From: Candidatus Poribacteria bacterium
GTDB lineage: Bacteria; Poribacteria; WGA-4E; WGA-3G
Length of the DNA stretch: 64,000 bases
NCBI GenBank assembly: GCA_022825665.1
Contig: JAJDWI010000010.1
Span: 2,912-66,911 of the forward strand
Reading direction: 5' to 3'
Numbering within the stretch: position 1 is the stretch's first letter; every line of letters begins with the position of its first letter. The position numbers and the translations under genes were made by a program. Shown piece after piece: positions 17,944 to 29,000 of the stretch. Under the pieces are notes generated by a model. That model did not search any database and had not been told where the DNA came from. It saw only the letters and a program-made list of their open reading frames with translations.

Positions 17944-19359
17944 TTGACATACATGCCTCAAAAAGAGGAACCGTTGCATGACTACCTACATTTTGTTCGG
18001 AAGCATATATTTGTAATTTGCTTGTGCACATTATTGGTTTTAGGAACTGCCTTGGTCATTTCACTTCGTATTCCTAAAACATATTCGGCTTCCACGTCAA
18101 TGCGTCTGATCCAATCAAGTTCCGCCTCTCCTATCTCTTCTGCTAACTTGTTTCAATCGGTATTTTCAGGTGGTATGAACAGGAGAGATATGGCAACAAT
18201 TAGTAAAAGATTTTCAACGGAATCAATGCTAAACGCTGCAGTTGAAAACTTGGAAGAAAATAACTTGGGAGGTATACGACACTTCCCAAGTGTTGGGAAC
18301 CTAAAGCGTAAACTGAAAGCGCAGATAGACCCTGAGGCTGATTATATTGAACTGTCAATTGAATTAACGGAATCCGAAGGGGGAGAACGTAACGCAGCAC
18401 TTCTGGTTAACCAACTGGCACGAGACATGCAAACGCTACGGAGCGAAGATGAAAAAACGAAGTTGGCAAGACGTCAGAAATTCTTACAGCAGAAACGAAC
18501 GGAAATTGACATAGAAATACAACAACTCATAAGCGAAACCCGTAACTTCATCCGTGAAAATAGGAGTCCTGAGACGTGGTACCCTATGTTAGCAAATTTG
18601 TTGGAACAGCATCGGAAATTGCAAGAACGTCTTGGGATCTCTGAACAGGCACTTCACACAGCACGTGGACAATTAACCCATTATAAAACCCAACTTGAAA
18701 ACCTTCCAAAACAGGCACAAATCTCAGAAACCCATAATCTGAATCCACTTTGGCTACACCAGCAAGAGAAAATTATTGATTTAGAAACTCAGCGCATCGG
18801 TGATAGTGAAAAAGTTGGAAAAAGTTCCCATGAAATTGCGGGTTTAGATGCGCAAATAGATAATATCCAAAATCAAATTGAAACAACTCCCCAAACAACC
18901 ACTACCAATACATTTGGAACCTCTGCACATTATACCTATATACAAAATCAACTAATCGAATTGCCACCAATCATAGATGGTTATGAGAACGAAACAATAC
19001 AACTCAGGAAAGAACTACGAGATATCAACGGAGAACTACAAAAGTTATTAAACCAAATCCCTGAAAATCAACATACCTTGACGCAATTACGCACAAAAAT
19101 AGAACTTGCTGGATCAATAAAGGAAGAAATTGAAAAACGTTATCTTGAATCCGAGATTATAAGTGCTGAGACCGATGTTACACCTAACCAGAAGGGTGGA
19201 ATTGAGATTGTTGATATCGCTGTACCGAGAAAAGTTCCAGTTAGTCCACAACACAAACTGATTGTTATATTGGCAGGAGTTGTTGGATTATGTCTCGGTA
19301 TTACTCTTGCTTTGTTAATTGAATATATTACCCATACTAAAAATAGTTTCCAAAGTTGA
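17944..19359 (+). CDS. Polysaccharide chain-length determinant (Wzz/GumC-like) without a kinase domain
   Basis: It has an N-terminal TM helix followed by PKTYSASTSMRL, a long coiled-coil periplasmic region and a C-terminal TM helix. The start is uncertain: TTG at 17944 or ATG at 17953. Confidence 0.65.
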   Translation: MTYMPQKEEPLHDYLHFVRKHIFVICLCTLLVLGTALVISLRIPKTYSASTSMRLIQSSSASPISSANLFQSVFSGGMNRRDMATISKRFSTESMLNAAVENLEENNLGGIRHFPSVGNLKRKLKAQIDPEADYIELSIELTESEGGERNAALLVNQLARDMQTLRSEDEKTKLARRQKFLQQKRTEIDIEIQQLISETRNFIRENRSPETWYPMLANLLEQHRKLQERLGISEQALHTARGQLTHYKTQLENLPKQAQISETHNLNPLWLHQQEKIIDLETQRIGDSEKVGKSSHEIAGLDAQIDNIQNQIETTPQTTTTNTFGTSAHYTYIQNQLIELPPIIDGYENETIQLRKELRDINGELQKLLNQIPENQHTLTQLRTKIELAGSIKEEIEKRYLESEIISAETDVTPNQKGGIEIVDIAVPRKVPVSPQHKLIVILAGVVGLCLGITLALLIEYITHTKNSFQS

Positions 19360-19497
19360 ATCACAATTCCCAATGTCATTTCGTTGATTTGGGAGTTTTT
19401 GTGTACTTTGGAAATATTTTTTTATTGTTGCAATATTTTGACACTTATGGTATGATTTTTCTGAATTATATAGTTACGATCATTTACTTTTGATAAC

Positions 19498-19526
19498 TTG
19501 ACAAAAAATTACATCTTTGATATTCT
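19498..19526 (+). promoter_or_regulatory. Sigma70-like promoter (TTGACA-17-TATTCT)
   Basis: This is a hexamer match only. It lies about 315 nt upstream of the 19842 CDS, inside a 480-bp AT-rich intergenic region. Confidence 0.4.
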
Positions 19527-19841
19527 AAACACTTAATAAGCGTTTTGTGGAGAGTTACTCCCAAAACATCCTTAAATAATGGAGAGAACCAATTTCTGCT
19601 TATCAATAATATCAAATATCATAGGCAGATATGAAATATAACCGAATGGTGTGTAAATAACTAAAATACGGTATCTGTTACAAGACATAACGGGTATTTT
19701 CTCTTTCGGTTTACAAATAATAATTACTGGTTCAATTCATTATAAGGTTTCGGAAACCAGATGCCAGCACATAACCGTTACATATTATTGTAGGTTTCTA
19801 ATATCCGAACTAATATTTTCCTAAGGAGGAATACCAAACTA

Positions 19842-22800
19842 ATGAACAAGTTAAAACGAATTATTGATGTTTTGCTTGTAGTTACTTGCATCCTAAGCAT
19901 AATTGTGCTATACGGTTGTGGAGCACAAAGTCTTGGACCGCAAGAACCTCTCTTGCCTACTATTGAGGGAGACTCTAAATTCTCAGACCGTTTCCGATTA
20001 GAAGAGGAACCGAAGTTCTTCTATGACCTATTTGGTAAAGAACTACTGGAAGGTAGTGAAGTACACAACTACCGTGAAGAGAAACAGTTTAATCAGAACG
20101 GTGAATTGGTTGTCGGTTGGACAGGTCAGCTTGATAGTGAACGTTTCACAATACAGTTGGACCGGACAATCTTGACAGAAGATTCGTACAGAGGTCGATA
20201 TACTGAGTTTGCAATTGGTGACCACATACGTCTTAAACCGTCTACCCTATTCCCAAATAGGTATGCAATATACAAAACAGAATTTGATGGATTTCGGTGG
20301 GATATCTCTTTTGCACAAGAAAGACATCTCTTTACCCTAATCAATTCACGTATCTCAAACCCTGTGCAACTTGCAGACGCAGCAGCAAACCTTGCACCTA
20401 ATCTTGGGCGTAGAAATGGGTTAAATGAAGATGCAGGTTTACGACATATTGAAAATGCACGTCTTGTAGGTTTCCGTGGACAAGGTCTTTTAGGAGACAT
20501 TTTTCGTGTCGGGTTTACCTATATCAACTTGCATAAAGAACATCCAGAACGCGTAGAAAACCCGTTTATGGGAACCGTTGCAAATACCCCACCAGAAAGC
20601 ATTACTGTCGTCTTTCGTGATGATTCTCCTGAAGACAATCACCTATATGAAACCTTTATTAATACGAATGACCGAGCAGGACTTTCGGGAGATGAACTCC
20701 AGAATATCCTTCAGGATAGGTTCCAAGGTGGTGTCGGTGCGGCTTTCAAAATGATGAAAATCACGGTTATTACACAAGCACTTGAAGAAATAAGCGCAGA
20801 TGACATTGAAGCGGGAATTGAACCTAATCTTCTACCTGAAGCGCAACAAGAAATTGATATTTTTATTGATGACATAGAACCTGTTGATCCTGCAGTTGAC
20901 CAAGTACAGGATTCCGTTGATGGTGAATGGAAAATCGCTGAAGGTTTCAGTAAAATGAAATATGACCTAATATTTGCTGATCACGATATTGACCCGCGGA
21001 CAGTTAAAGATGTGATGTTTGAAATGGTCGTTGCGGGTGATTACAACATTGCCGTTATCGGTTTTAGTGAGGCAAATTTAGCCGAATCCGATCCCGAAAT
21101 TCAAGAATGGATTAAAACTGAAGATGGGCATATTCAAATGCCGTATCGTGACATTATTGAAGCTCCCGGAAACTACGGTCAGTCTTCGGATTATACTGAC
21201 AACAGAGCAAGTCTCCGTCATAATCCTGCTAATTGGGAAGGTGAGGGAAGACCTCGAAAAGTCACATACCGTTATGGTGCCGCAAGAGCTGCGCTTCTCT
21301 ACGGTTTAGACCTGGAAGGCACAGTTGGAAATGTATTTGTAAGGGCACACTATTCCATTAATGGAAAATATAAACAGTATCCTACTATTCCTAAGGATCA
21401 GGTTGGATTTAGTCGTGTCAAAACCGTTATTGAAACAGAAGACGGGGAAGAAACGACTAATATTTCAATCGGTGCAGATGGAGTTGCCATTGATGCCAAC
21501 GGTATACCGACATACTCAGAAGCCACGGGTGAACGTTTTGAAGCGAGGCTCGGTGGAGATGGCACAGATGAAGACGGAGATGGAATGTTGGGAAGAGAAA
21601 CCGCATGGTTCGTCCAACTGAAATCACGTTTTGGCAAACTTTATCTTGAAGGTGTCTTATACCACATTGATCCTGGTTATACTACCACTTATTTAAACTT
21701 CGGTTCAAATGGTGGACGTGACCAAACATATACTCTTCCTCCTGCTGGACCTTCTACGGAACGAGCTCCGTGGGATGAAACTAATTATGCGTTAGTTGAA
21801 GACGACGATGATGATGACGATTGGCCTGATGATTTTGACTTTGATGGTGTTCTCCCTCGCGCTGATGATAGGGATCAGAACGGTATCTTAGACTACCAGG
21901 AAGATTTCCTTATTTTTGAGGCAGACCCACCGGTCTTTACTGACTTAATCGATTTGAATAATAACGGAACCATCGATTCGTTGGAAGATGATTTTGAGCC
22001 ACAATACGAATACGGCATTGACCGAGAAGGTTATCACCTCAAAGCAGAATACGACTTACTTGATAACCTATCCCTTCATGTCGGATGGTTGAATGAAAGT
22101 GAAGTCTCAAGCCGTCGAAAAAATGACTCTAAATACCTACACGTCATCTATCAACGGGACATTCCCGATTTCGGTACTGTTCTCTTCCAAAATAGATTCG
22201 TCCGCGTAAGAGATGATATCCCTGATTACACCATCACACTGCAGGTAGGTGAATTGGAAGCCGAACAAACCGAGGATGAACTTGATTACTACAATGCTCG
22301 CGTAAACACAACAACGTTGCAATTCCTCTATCAGGCAATACCAAACCTGACACTGGAAGCAAAACTTCTCGTCGTTTTGCAGAAGCAATTTGAACTTGAT
22401 GAAGAAGATGCAATATTTTTGGATGTTGAATACGATTCGGGAGCTGAGTTGTTTGAACCGGATGAACGGATAGATTTCCTTGTACCTGATGAACAAGTTC
22501 GAACAAGTGGACAAAGGAGAGAATATCCTTTCTATCCTGACCATGGCATTAACGCACTTGATCCTTCTGATACCGGTCTAATTTACGATGTAGATAACTG
22601 GAAGTTACGTCGTTACCCCGAAAGGAACATACGTAGCCAACAGACTATTCTCAAGGCAAAATATGAAATCCCACTCGGGGATCTTCCGTATGTAGATAGA
22701 ATCGGTGAAGATTTGACGTTGACACCGATGGTCAAATATATATGGGACCGTGCTTTTGATAGAACTGCAGAAGAAATTGGTGAAGTTCTCAACGCACGGC

Positions 22801-23174
22801 ACTTCGTTCCTACAGACGATGAACCAGTTGAATATCTGCGTTTCAACCGTAGAAGTAGAGAAGATGTCCTTGGTATACGTCTCGATTACCAATTTTCACC
22901 GAGGATGAACATCTTAGGTGGATTCCAATACAGAAAGTTTACGAACCGGGACAATAACTTTAGAGTCTATCTGGCTAAATTCGGTCCAGATCAACAGGTG
23001 CCAATTCGCTATAGACCAGATTTGCGGACTCGGATATTTGAAATACAAGCAATTAACAGAGGTGAATGGCTTGGTTTCAATATCGTCATTCTGGCTGGTT
23101 ACCGCAGAACAACTATTCTACTTGAGAACACAACCAGTAATACAACGTTTGTCCGAGCAATGATGGGTTTCTAA
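19842..23174 (+). CDS. Large (1110 aa) lipoprotein-signal outer-membrane protein with acidic Ca-binding-type repeats
   Basis: It has AGGAGG upstream and the lipobox LYGC. The central DDDDDDDWPDDFDFDG...DDRDQNGILDY...DLNNNGTIDSLEDD repeats are thrombospondin-3-like. The C-terminal ~350 aa is beta-rich and ends ...AMMGF, a terminal Phe. Confidence 0.5.
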   Translation: MNKLKRIIDVLLVVTCILSIIVLYGCGAQSLGPQEPLLPTIEGDSKFSDRFRLEEEPKFFYDLFGKELLEGSEVHNYREEKQFNQNGELVVGWTGQLDSERFTIQLDRTILTEDSYRGRYTEFAIGDHIRLKPSTLFPNRYAIYKTEFDGFRWDISFAQERHLFTLINSRISNPVQLADAAANLAPNLGRRNGLNEDAGLRHIENARLVGFRGQGLLGDIFRVGFTYINLHKEHPERVENPFMGTVANTPPESITVVFRDDSPEDNHLYETFINTNDRAGLSGDELQNILQDRFQGGVGAAFKMMKITVITQALEEISADDIEAGIEPNLLPEAQQEIDIFIDDIEPVDPAVDQVQDSVDGEWKIAEGFSKMKYDLIFADHDIDPRTVKDVMFEMVVAGDYNIAVIGFSEANLAESDPEIQEWIKTEDGHIQMPYRDIIEAPGNYGQSSDYTDNRASLRHNPANWEGEGRPRKVTYRYGAARAALLYGLDLEGTVGNVFVRAHYSINGKYKQYPTIPKDQVGFSRVKTVIETEDGEETTNISIGADGVAIDANGIPTYSEATGERFEARLGGDGTDEDGDGMLGRETAWFVQLKSRFGKLYLEGVLYHIDPGYTTTYLNFGSNGGRDQTYTLPPAGPSTERAPWDETNYALVEDDDDDDDWPDDFDFDGVLPRADDRDQNGILDYQEDFLIFEADPPVFTDLIDLNNNGTIDSLEDDFEPQYEYGIDREGYHLKAEYDLLDNLSLHVGWLNESEVSSRRKNDSKYLHVIYQRDIPDFGTVLFQNRFVRVRDDIPDYTITLQVGELEAEQTEDELDYYNARVNTTTLQFLYQAIPNLTLEAKLLVVLQKQFELDEEDAIFLDVEYDSGAELFEPDERIDFLVPDEQVRTSGQRREYPFYPDHGINALDPSDTGLIYDVDNWKLRRYPERNIRSQQTILKAKYEIPLGDLPYVDRIGEDLTLTPMVKYIWDRAFDRTAEEIGEVLNARHFVPTDDEPVEYLRFNRRSREDVLGIRLDYQFSPRMNILGGFQYRKFTNRDNNFRVYLAKFGPDQQVPIRYRPDLRTRIFEIQAINRGEWLGFNIVILAGYRRTTILLENTTSNTTFVRAMMGF

Positions 23175-23515
23175 ATACCTTAATTTTATGCTGTGCTGGG
23201 GGCAATTCTTTCTTTGCATCCAGCACCACATATTCAAATAATATGGTTATGTTTTTACGTCTATTATCAAATGTAGCGCAACTCCATATCCATTCAGGTG
23301 TTACCTTATATGAGTATATTGTTCAGGAAAATTACTTTAACCTATAGCGTAAATAGTCTAAAGACAACGTTTCTTTTGAAGTTATCATGTGTTGATAATT
23401 CAGAAGTAACTCATAAACTATAGCACATTTGGAGATGTGCTGTTTATATTATTAGATTGTTCTTATTGATAATATACTGCCGAATAGGCATTTTAATAAA
23501 GGAGAACCAGGACGA

Positions 23516-24574
23516 ATGACTCGTTTAAGTTTAATTCTAATGTTAGTAGCATGTATGTTTATGTCTGCTGGCATAGTTTTTGCCCAAGATGAAGAAGTCG
23601 AAGCACCGACTGTTGATGCTGCAGAGGAAAGTGCAGAAGATGTCGATACTATGGGTGTTGGCGCAACAATTAAAGGTGAAATTATTGATACTTCTACAGA
23701 ACAGAAACCAATTGAAGATGTTACCGTTAAAATCGTGAATAGTGCTGATGGACAAGAGTATATAGTGAATACAGACAAAGACGGTATCTATGAAAAAACA
23801 GGTCTACCCGCTGGACGTTATACGATTAGTGTTTCAAAAGAAGGTTATGGTGACAGATTTGGTAAGTCTAAGGTCGTTGCAGCTGGTGGTGAAATTTTTG
23901 ACCGTATCAAAATGAGAGAAAAAGATAACATTATATCTTTTTTCAAGAAATTTGGTTTTGTGTTCTACCCGTTAGCAATATGCTCTGTTGTAGCATTAAC
24001 CTTCATTATTGAAAGACTTTTCACATTTGTTCGTAGCCGTTCACGAATTGGCACTGAGCAGTTCATTGCAAGCATTGCTGATTCATTACGCAAAGAGAAC
24101 ATTATGGAAGCGGTCTCAACTTGTGAAGAAGCTGGAGGTCCACTCGCTAACGTTTTAAAGGCTGGGTTACTCAGATATAGTCAAGCCCAGATTGAGGAAA
24201 GAGATATTACAAAAGAGGAAATCCAAGAAGCCATAGAAGAAGCAAGTCTTCTGGAAATTCCGGAATTAGAACGGAATCTCCCAGTGCTTGGAACAGTCGC
24301 AGTTGTTTCACCTCTGTTCGGTCTGCTTGGAACTGTTACAGGTATGATTACAGCCTTTACCACAATCGCACTTGAAGGTACTGGTGATCCGCAACAGCTT
24401 GCAGGCGGTATCTCACAGGCTCTTCTAACGACTGCTGGTGGTTTGACAGTTGCTATTCCTTGCTTGATTTTCTTCCAACTTTTTGATAGTTGGGTTAATA
24501 GGCACATGGTTGAAATCTCACAGGTTTCAACGGAAATTGTCAACCAGTTGATTGTTGGTGAAGCAAACGCGTAA
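23516..24574 (+). CDS. exbB: MotA/TolQ/ExbB-family proton channel with an N-terminal CarboxypepD_reg-like domain
   Basis: After a signal peptide comes IKGEIIDTSTEQKPIEDVTVKIVNSADGQEYIVNTDKDGIYEKTGLPAGRYTISVSKEGY, a carboxypeptidase-regulatory-like beta-sandwich. Three TM helices follow, with the ExbB signature GLLGTVTGMITAF...ALLTTAGGL. Confidence 0.8.
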   Translation: MTRLSLILMLVACMFMSAGIVFAQDEEVEAPTVDAAEESAEDVDTMGVGATIKGEIIDTSTEQKPIEDVTVKIVNSADGQEYIVNTDKDGIYEKTGLPAGRYTISVSKEGYGDRFGKSKVVAAGGEIFDRIKMREKDNIISFFKKFGFVFYPLAICSVVALTFIIERLFTFVRSRSRIGTEQFIASIADSLRKENIMEAVSTCEEAGGPLANVLKAGLLRYSQAQIEERDITKEEIQEAIEEASLLEIPELERNLPVLGTVAVVSPLFGLLGTVTGMITAFTTIALEGTGDPQQLAGGISQALLTTAGGLTVAIPCLIFFQLFDSWVNRHMVEISQVSTEIVNQLIVGEANA

Positions 24575-24635
24575 TTATAGCCTGGCGCGGGGCTTTGGCT
24601 CCACGTCTTGCTCCTAAATAAGGGAGAATCCTGAA

Positions 24636-25085
24636 ATGCAACAACTTGGTGAAGCCAAATTAAGCCTTATGGCAACGCGAATACGCGAACGTAAACCGCC
24701 TACGCTCAGTATGGCTCCTATGATTGATTGTGTATTCCTGCTCCTGATTTTCTTCATGGTGTCCACAACTTTTGCTCCTATGCCGGGTATTCGGGTGCAA
24801 CTACCACCTCCGGGTGAACCTTCAAAGGACAAACCAAAAGGACTTGTTGTCAAAATCGATAACCCTACTGTTAGCGATAAAGATGGCACAATGCTCTTGA
24901 ATGGAGTGGTTGTACAGTTTGATGAAATGTTTTCACTCCTTCTGAATGCACCTGAAGAACAGAAAACAATGCTTATTATCCAATCCCAACGTGACGTGCT
25001 TCATGAACAGATTGTTAGGGTAATGGATACAGCAAAAGATGCGGGTATTGATAAAATTGGATTTGCTATTACCGCGCGAGAATGA
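24636..25085 (+). CDS. exbD: ExbD/TolR-family protein
   Basis: It has the motif APMIDCVFLLLIFFMVS and a C-terminal periplasmic domain. Confidence 0.85.
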   Translation: MQQLGEAKLSLMATRIRERKPPTLSMAPMIDCVFLLLIFFMVSTTFAPMPGIRVQLPPPGEPSKDKPKGLVVKIDNPTVSDKDGTMLLNGVVVQFDEMFSLLLNAPEEQKTMLIIQSQRDVLHEQIVRVMDTAKDAGIDKIGFAITARE

Positions 25086-25133
25086 CGCGTGTAATCTGAT
25101 TACAGTTCCAACCATTATGGAAGGAGGATACAC

Positions 25134-25574
25134 ATGGCTCTCCAAATGAGACGTAGACGAAATACCGGTAGTGATGACGATATACCGATGGCTCCTATGA
25201 TTGATTGTGTGTTTCTATTACTCATTTTTTTCATGGTGTCTGCCATCATGCGGGTTCCACCGCCATTTAGCGTCACTTTGCCGGATTCCTCGACAGAACA
25301 CGAATTTCCGAGGAAAAAATATAACTTGTTTATCAGCAGCGATGGTAGAATCGCTATTGATGATCGTGAGATGCAAACTTTGGAAGAGGTAGGACTCTTT
25401 ATAGCTGCCAATGAACACCAAATTAGCACTTTGATTATTAAAGCAGATAAACGTGCAAAACATGGACGTGTCATTGACGTGGTTGAACGAGCAAAGATGC
25501 GATCCGCTAAAGTTGAAGGACTTGAAGTTGCATTCGCTGTTGCTGAAGACGAAGGCGGCGGATCAGCTAATTGA
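25134..25574 (+). CDS. exbD: ExbD/TolR-family protein (second paralogue)
   Basis: It has the motif APMIDCVFLLLIFFMVS and an acidic C-terminus. Confidence 0.85.
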   Translation: MALQMRRRRNTGSDDDIPMAPMIDCVFLLLIFFMVSAIMRVPPPFSVTLPDSSTEHEFPRKKYNLFISSDGRIAIDDREMQTLEEVGLFIAANEHQISTLIIKADKRAKHGRVIDVVERAKMRSAKVEGLEVAFAVAEDEGGGSAN

Positions 25575-25688
25575 AAGCACGATGCATAGATTGTGAGTTA
25601 GACTCTTTGTCCTAAAATCATTGCATTATATGCTACTCTCATACTTTAGTATCACTATTCAGTGAAGTTAGATTAGAACAAATAGCAT

Positions 25689-25727
25689 AAAGCCTCTTAT
25701 GAAATTTCATAGAGGCTTTTTGTTTTT
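25689..25727 (+). terminator. Rho-independent terminator downstream of the exbB-exbD-exbD genes
   Basis: aaagcctct(t)atgaaa pairs with tttcatagaggcttt to give a long hairpin, which is followed by ttgtttttc. Confidence 0.7.
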
Positions 25728-25744
25728 CTGACACTACAATGGTT

Positions 25745-25988
25745 TATAGTAAAATTCGTAATTACTTATATACACTTGGTAGGTTGGGTTAGGAAACCGA
25801 ACCTGTGTAAAGAGTGCGGTTAGATGAAGATTAAAAAATAGATTCGGTAAGTTATTATTGAAGTCCAGCGCGCTTACAAAGCGCGCCTACAGGTATTCGG
25901 AAATTAAAATTACCGAAAGAATAAATTAATCTTCATGAAACCGCACCTATCATGGAGTGTGCACATATTTTTGGATTTCACAATATTA
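25745..25988. repeat. Intergenic repeat element, a copy of 39618-39746 that carries a nested insertion
   Basis: Both flanks align with 39618-39746: tatagtaaaattcgtaattactt...ggtaggtt...gtgcg on one side and aaaccgcacct...catatttttg.atttc on the other. Confidence 0.8.
25824..25937. mobile_element. 114-bp TIR-bounded MITE-like insert nested inside the 25745-25988 repeat
   Basis: It has perfect 11-bp terminal inverted repeats, atgaagattaa (25824-25834) and ttaatcttcat (25926-25936). It interrupts the gtcg.ttag|aaaccgcac hairpin that is intact at 39686-39704. A related copy lies at 31200-31297. Confidence 0.6.
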
Positions 25989-26018
25989 GGAAATTGGTTG
26001 AATTTGATGAGAAATTAG

Positions 26019-29000
26019 TTACTTTTTCTTACGAGGAGTCCTTCTTGTTCTGCGATTCAGCGTTGGAGGTGGCGGTGTAACTATTTTCCAGAAAAGAGGA
26101 AAAAACTTATCCCATTCAGCGAGGATATGTTCTGAACGTTGGCTTCCAGTCAACTCAAGATGCTTTTGTATCAATCCAACCAACGTATCTTCATCCACTT
26201 TTTCAGTAATACGTTCTAACTTGATTAGTTGTGGATTAATTTTATTTTCAAATTGTTGGTTTTCATCAAGTACATAGCCTGTTCCTCCTGTCATTCCTGC
26301 ACCGAAGTTTCGTCCTGTTTCGCCCAGGATGACGATGGTGCCCCCTGTCATATATTCACATCCATGGTCTCCTACTCCTTCAACAACAGCAGTTGCTCCG
26401 CTGTTCCGGACACAAAAACGTTCACCGGCTGTACCTGCGGCGTATAGGGACCCGTTTGTAGCACCGTATAGCACAGTGTTACCAATGATGGTATTTTCAT
26501 GGGTTTCGAATCGGACATCAGGTGAAGGTTTAATAACCAGTTCCCCACCTGCCATTCCTTTACCGACATAATCATTTGCTTCACCAGTTAAAACAAGCTG
26601 GATACCGTTGATACAGAAAGCCCCAAAACTCTGTCCTGCACTACCCGTAAAGTAGATTCGGATAGTTTCTTTGGGCAAAGGGGCATCTCCATACCGATAG
26701 GCAATTTCACCAGACAACTTAGCACCCACCGTTCGGTGGGTATTGCGAATCGGATATGAGAGTTGAATTGGTTCTTTCTTCTCAATTGCAGTTGCAGCAT
26801 CAACCAAAATCTGATCATCTAAGGGAATATCTACACGGTCATTACGTTCTTGTAAATGATAACGAGGCATCTCTCCTGTTGGATCAGCAGATGAGAGGAT
26901 TTCCGTAAGGTCAAGGGTTGCTGCCTTTGGATATTCAACTAAGTCAGCAAGTTCTAACAACTCAGGACGACCGATAATATCATTGAGACAACGATGTCCA
27001 AGATTTGCAAGGATTGATCGGACTTCATTTGCTACACCGAGCATAAAGTTGACAACCATTTCAGGAGTGCCAGGATATTTTGCCCGAAGTGCTGGGTCTT
27101 GTGTAGCAACACCGACAGGACAAGTGTTTAAATGGCATTGTCGTGCCATTACACATCCTGTTGCAACCATTGCGGTTGTACCAAAGCCGTATTCCTCAGC
27201 ACCTAACATAGCCGCAATGACGATATCACGACCAGAACGCATACCACCATCAACCCTTAGTACAACACGGTCACGCAATTCATTTTCAACGAGGCGATGT
27301 TGTGTTTCTGCAAGACCGAGTTCCCATGGTGTTCCAGCATTTTTGATGGAGCTAAGTGGAGAAGCCCCAGTTCCACCTTCATGTCCACTTATCTGGATCA
27401 CATCTGCGTATCCTTTCGCAACGCCTGATGCAATTGTCCCTATCATAAATTCTGATACGAGTTTTACAGCGACTTTTGCCCGCGGGTTCACCTGTTTTAG
27501 GTCATAAATTAACTGTGCGAGGTCTTCGATCGAATAGATATCGTGATGTGGTGGTGGTGATATTAAGGGGACCCCAGGAATTGAGTGGCGAATCTTTGCT
27601 ATCTCAAGTGTAACTTTGTGTCCAGGAATTTGTCCACCTTCTCCAGGTTTTGACCCTTGCGCCATCTTAATTTCCAATTCCCGTGCGGATGCGAGATACT
27701 GCGGTGTTACGCCAAAACGTCCAGAGGCAACCTGTTTGAGAGCACTGGATGCCAGATCACCATTCGGTTGTTTTTCGAATCGACCACTGTCTTCTCCACC
27801 TTCACCACTACCTGATTTGGCACCGAGACGGTTCATTGCAATAGCCAAGGTTTCGTGTGTTTCACGGCTTAACGCACCAAAAGACATACTTCCAGTGGTA
27901 AATCTACGAACAATATCTTCTGCGGGTTCTACCTCTTCAATAGGTATGGGAGTACTTGGCTTGAAAGCGAGCAAATCTCGTAGACTGGAAGGTTCTCCCA
28001 CTTCTACTGCTTCAGCGTATTCGGTGTAATCTTCAGCATCCCCGCTTTTTACGAACTTGTGTAATGCTTTGAACACGGTCGGATTAAATGCGTGAAATTC
28101 ACCGTTTCTCCGAAATCGGAAATAACCTGCTTCTTGTAATGTTTTTCTATCATCAACCCCACCAAACGCTTTAGTATGGAAATGGAGTGTTTCTGCGGCA
28201 ATATGCTCAAAACCGATACCACTTAACCTTGATGGCGTTCCGACAAAACATCTATTGATAACAGAAGAATTGATGCCTATTGCCTCAAAAATCTGTGCGC
28301 CGCGATAACTCGACACAGTAGAAATGCCCATCTTTGCCATAATTTTCAAGATACCTTTTTCAACCGCTTCTTTATAGTTATGTATTGCTTGCTCTGATGA
28401 AAGTTCCTCAAATTCGTCGTTCTCGGCAAGTTGAACAATGGTTGAGAAGGCGAGGTAGGGATTGATAGCATCCGCCCCATATCCAAGTAGGACGGCATAA
28501 TGATGTTCTTCACGCGGATCTCCTGCTTCAACGATTAGACTGACCTGTCTACGTTTACCTACACGGATCAAGTAGTGATGGACCGCACCAACCGCGAGTA
28601 GCATTGGTATCGGAGAGAAATCAGCGTTGACATCTTTGTCACTCAAAATCAATAGTGTATTCCCAGCGGTTACAGCATCTGAAACTGTATCACACAAAGT
28701 ATCTAAAGCACTTTCCAATCCCTGTGTTCCTGAAGCAACAGGAAAATAGACAGGTATAGTGGTATGCTTGAACTCAGGTAATTCTTGTGTTTTTAATGCT
28801 TCCAATTCTTCATTTGTCAATATTGGTGAGGTCAATCGGATTACGTGGGAATGTTTATCGGTCTCTGTCAGCAGACTGTGTCGCTTTCCGAGATAGGTCG
28901 TCAGAGACATTACCAATCGTTCACGTAGGGAATCAATTGCTGGATTGGTAACTTGTGCAAAAAGTTGTTTAAAATAGTGATAGAGTAAACGTGGATGCCG

